This document shows positions 63,247 through 64,000 of a stretch of DNA of 64,000 nucleotides, piece by piece. Where the stretch lies: the IMG/VR virus record IMGVR_UViG_3300045738_002140, positions 50,177-114,176 of that record; one strand, written 5' to 3'. A model generated the notes under the pieces. It did not search any database. It was not told where the DNA came from and was given only the letters and a program-made list of their open reading frames with translations. A program made the position numbers and the translations under genes. The DNA comes from a virus. The number at the start of each line of letters is the position of its first letter. The stretch's first letter is position 1.

Positions 63247-63993
63247 ATGCAAGCACAACTAGACTTCATCGGAACCCCGAAAGTAGAGCGGGAACCAGAG
63301 CAGTTTGCTCTTTGGAACAGAGAGGGCAAACCAAACAAACCACAAAAAGACATTGACTTCGCCAATGTTGATACCCTATTTAACTCATTCGATTCGGAAG
63401 AAATTGAACGCTATAAAAATTATTGGGAAAGCGTTAAGCCCAAGAATGATACAGAGATATTTCAGCGTTGGCTTTTTGCTTTTATGTCCGTCCACACAGG
63501 TTGGGAAGCCAACGTGAGAGGCTACGAAGCCGTTAAGGATTGGACTAAATGGGTAAACCGTGATGATGAGCTTGAACGACTGCTCGTACAGAGTCGAGTG
63601 GGCTTGCATAAAAATCGTACAAGATTTATCTCACAGTTTGCCCAAAAATTTTGGAGTGACCCCGAATGGTATAAGCACCAAGAAGGTAACTGGCAAACAC
63701 TCCGCGACAGGCTCGTCAAGAGCATCCTTGGCCTTGGCATAGCAAAGGTATCGTTTTCTCTTGAAATGATTTACCCCAACAAGGCAGAAGTAACCTGTAT
63801 GGATACTCACTTGTTTCAAGCGTATGGGCTTAACCAGACGAAGGACGCTCGCCGCTATAAGGAAATCGAAGACTATTGGCTAGGTATGTGCCGTATGTGG
63901 AACGTGCCATCATACATTGCACGGTGTATCTTGTGGGACAGAAAGCAGGACAAAACCGACAGCAGATATTGGAGCTATGTATTGGAGGATTAA
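63247..63993 (+). CDS. HhH-GPD DNA glycosylase-like (Ogg2/thermostable 8-oxoG glycosylase-like)
   Basis: RDRLVKSILGLGIAKVSF HhH, CMDTHL, Y.EIE. Confidence 0.7.
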   Translation: MQAQLDFIGTPKVEREPEQFALWNREGKPNKPQKDIDFANVDTLFNSFDSEEIERYKNYWESVKPKNDTEIFQRWLFAFMSVHTGWEANVRGYEAVKDWTKWVNRDDELERLLVQSRVGLHKNRTRFISQFAQKFWSDPEWYKHQEGNWQTLRDRLVKSILGLGIAKVSFSLEMIYPNKAEVTCMDTHLFQAYGLNQTKDARRYKEIEDYWLGMCRMWNVPSYIARCILWDRKQDKTDSRYWSYVLED

Positions 63994-64000
63994 ATTATGA

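Noticed and set aside
1-64000. CRISPR array, integrase or transposase
   Set aside because: No regularly spaced repeats and no recombinase/transposase motifs seen
1-64000. Stop-codon reassignment
   Set aside because: Conserved enzymes are full length in the standard bacterial code, and TAA, TAG and TGA all end genes
1-64000. Giant eukaryotic virus origin (PMM, Gnt1, JMJD8-like genes)
   Set aside because: Sigma factor, sigma70/sigma54 promoters, operonic overlaps, lipoproteins and a peptidoglycan hydrolase indicate a bacteriophage

Overview
This window looks like part of a large, AT-rich dsDNA bacteriophage genome. It has dense, translationally coupled ORFs, consensus sigma70 promoters, a phage sigma factor, one CCA-ending tRNA and a SleB-type hydrolase, but no rRNA, ribosomal-protein or virion structural genes. 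A secretin-N-terminal-like ORF and a secreted HEXXH peptidase suggest a Verrucomicrobiota/PVC host (inference). Genes run on the minus strand to ~18.95 kb and mostly on the plus strand afterwards. Four kinds of content are present. (1) A large glycan-modification arsenal: more than 10 glycosyltransferases, ColD-like and DegT PLP enzymes, UGD, PMI/PMM, four sulfotransferases plus APS kinase, a carbamoyltransferase, and a Gnt1-like GlcNAc transferase divergent from a JmjC oxygenase. (2) Nucleotide metabolism: NrdAB with a class Ic-type, radical-Tyr-less beta subunit, dUTPase, dCMP deaminase, dNMP kinase, ThyX and GuaC. (3) A possible lysine-catabolic trio and several envelope proteins (signal peptidase I, ExbB/D-like motor, a metallothionein-like lipopeptide missed by the ORF track). 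(4) A non-coding layer: tRNA-Ile(UAU), two promoter-to-terminator pseudoknotted RNAs, a hairpin sRNA whose loop copies the 16S anti-Shine-Dalgarno tail in a genome whose promoters mostly give leaderless mRNAs, a recurrent GTGTAA promoter-like motif, and a sigma54 promoter on hsp20. All family calls come from motif recognition by eye; no database searches were run.
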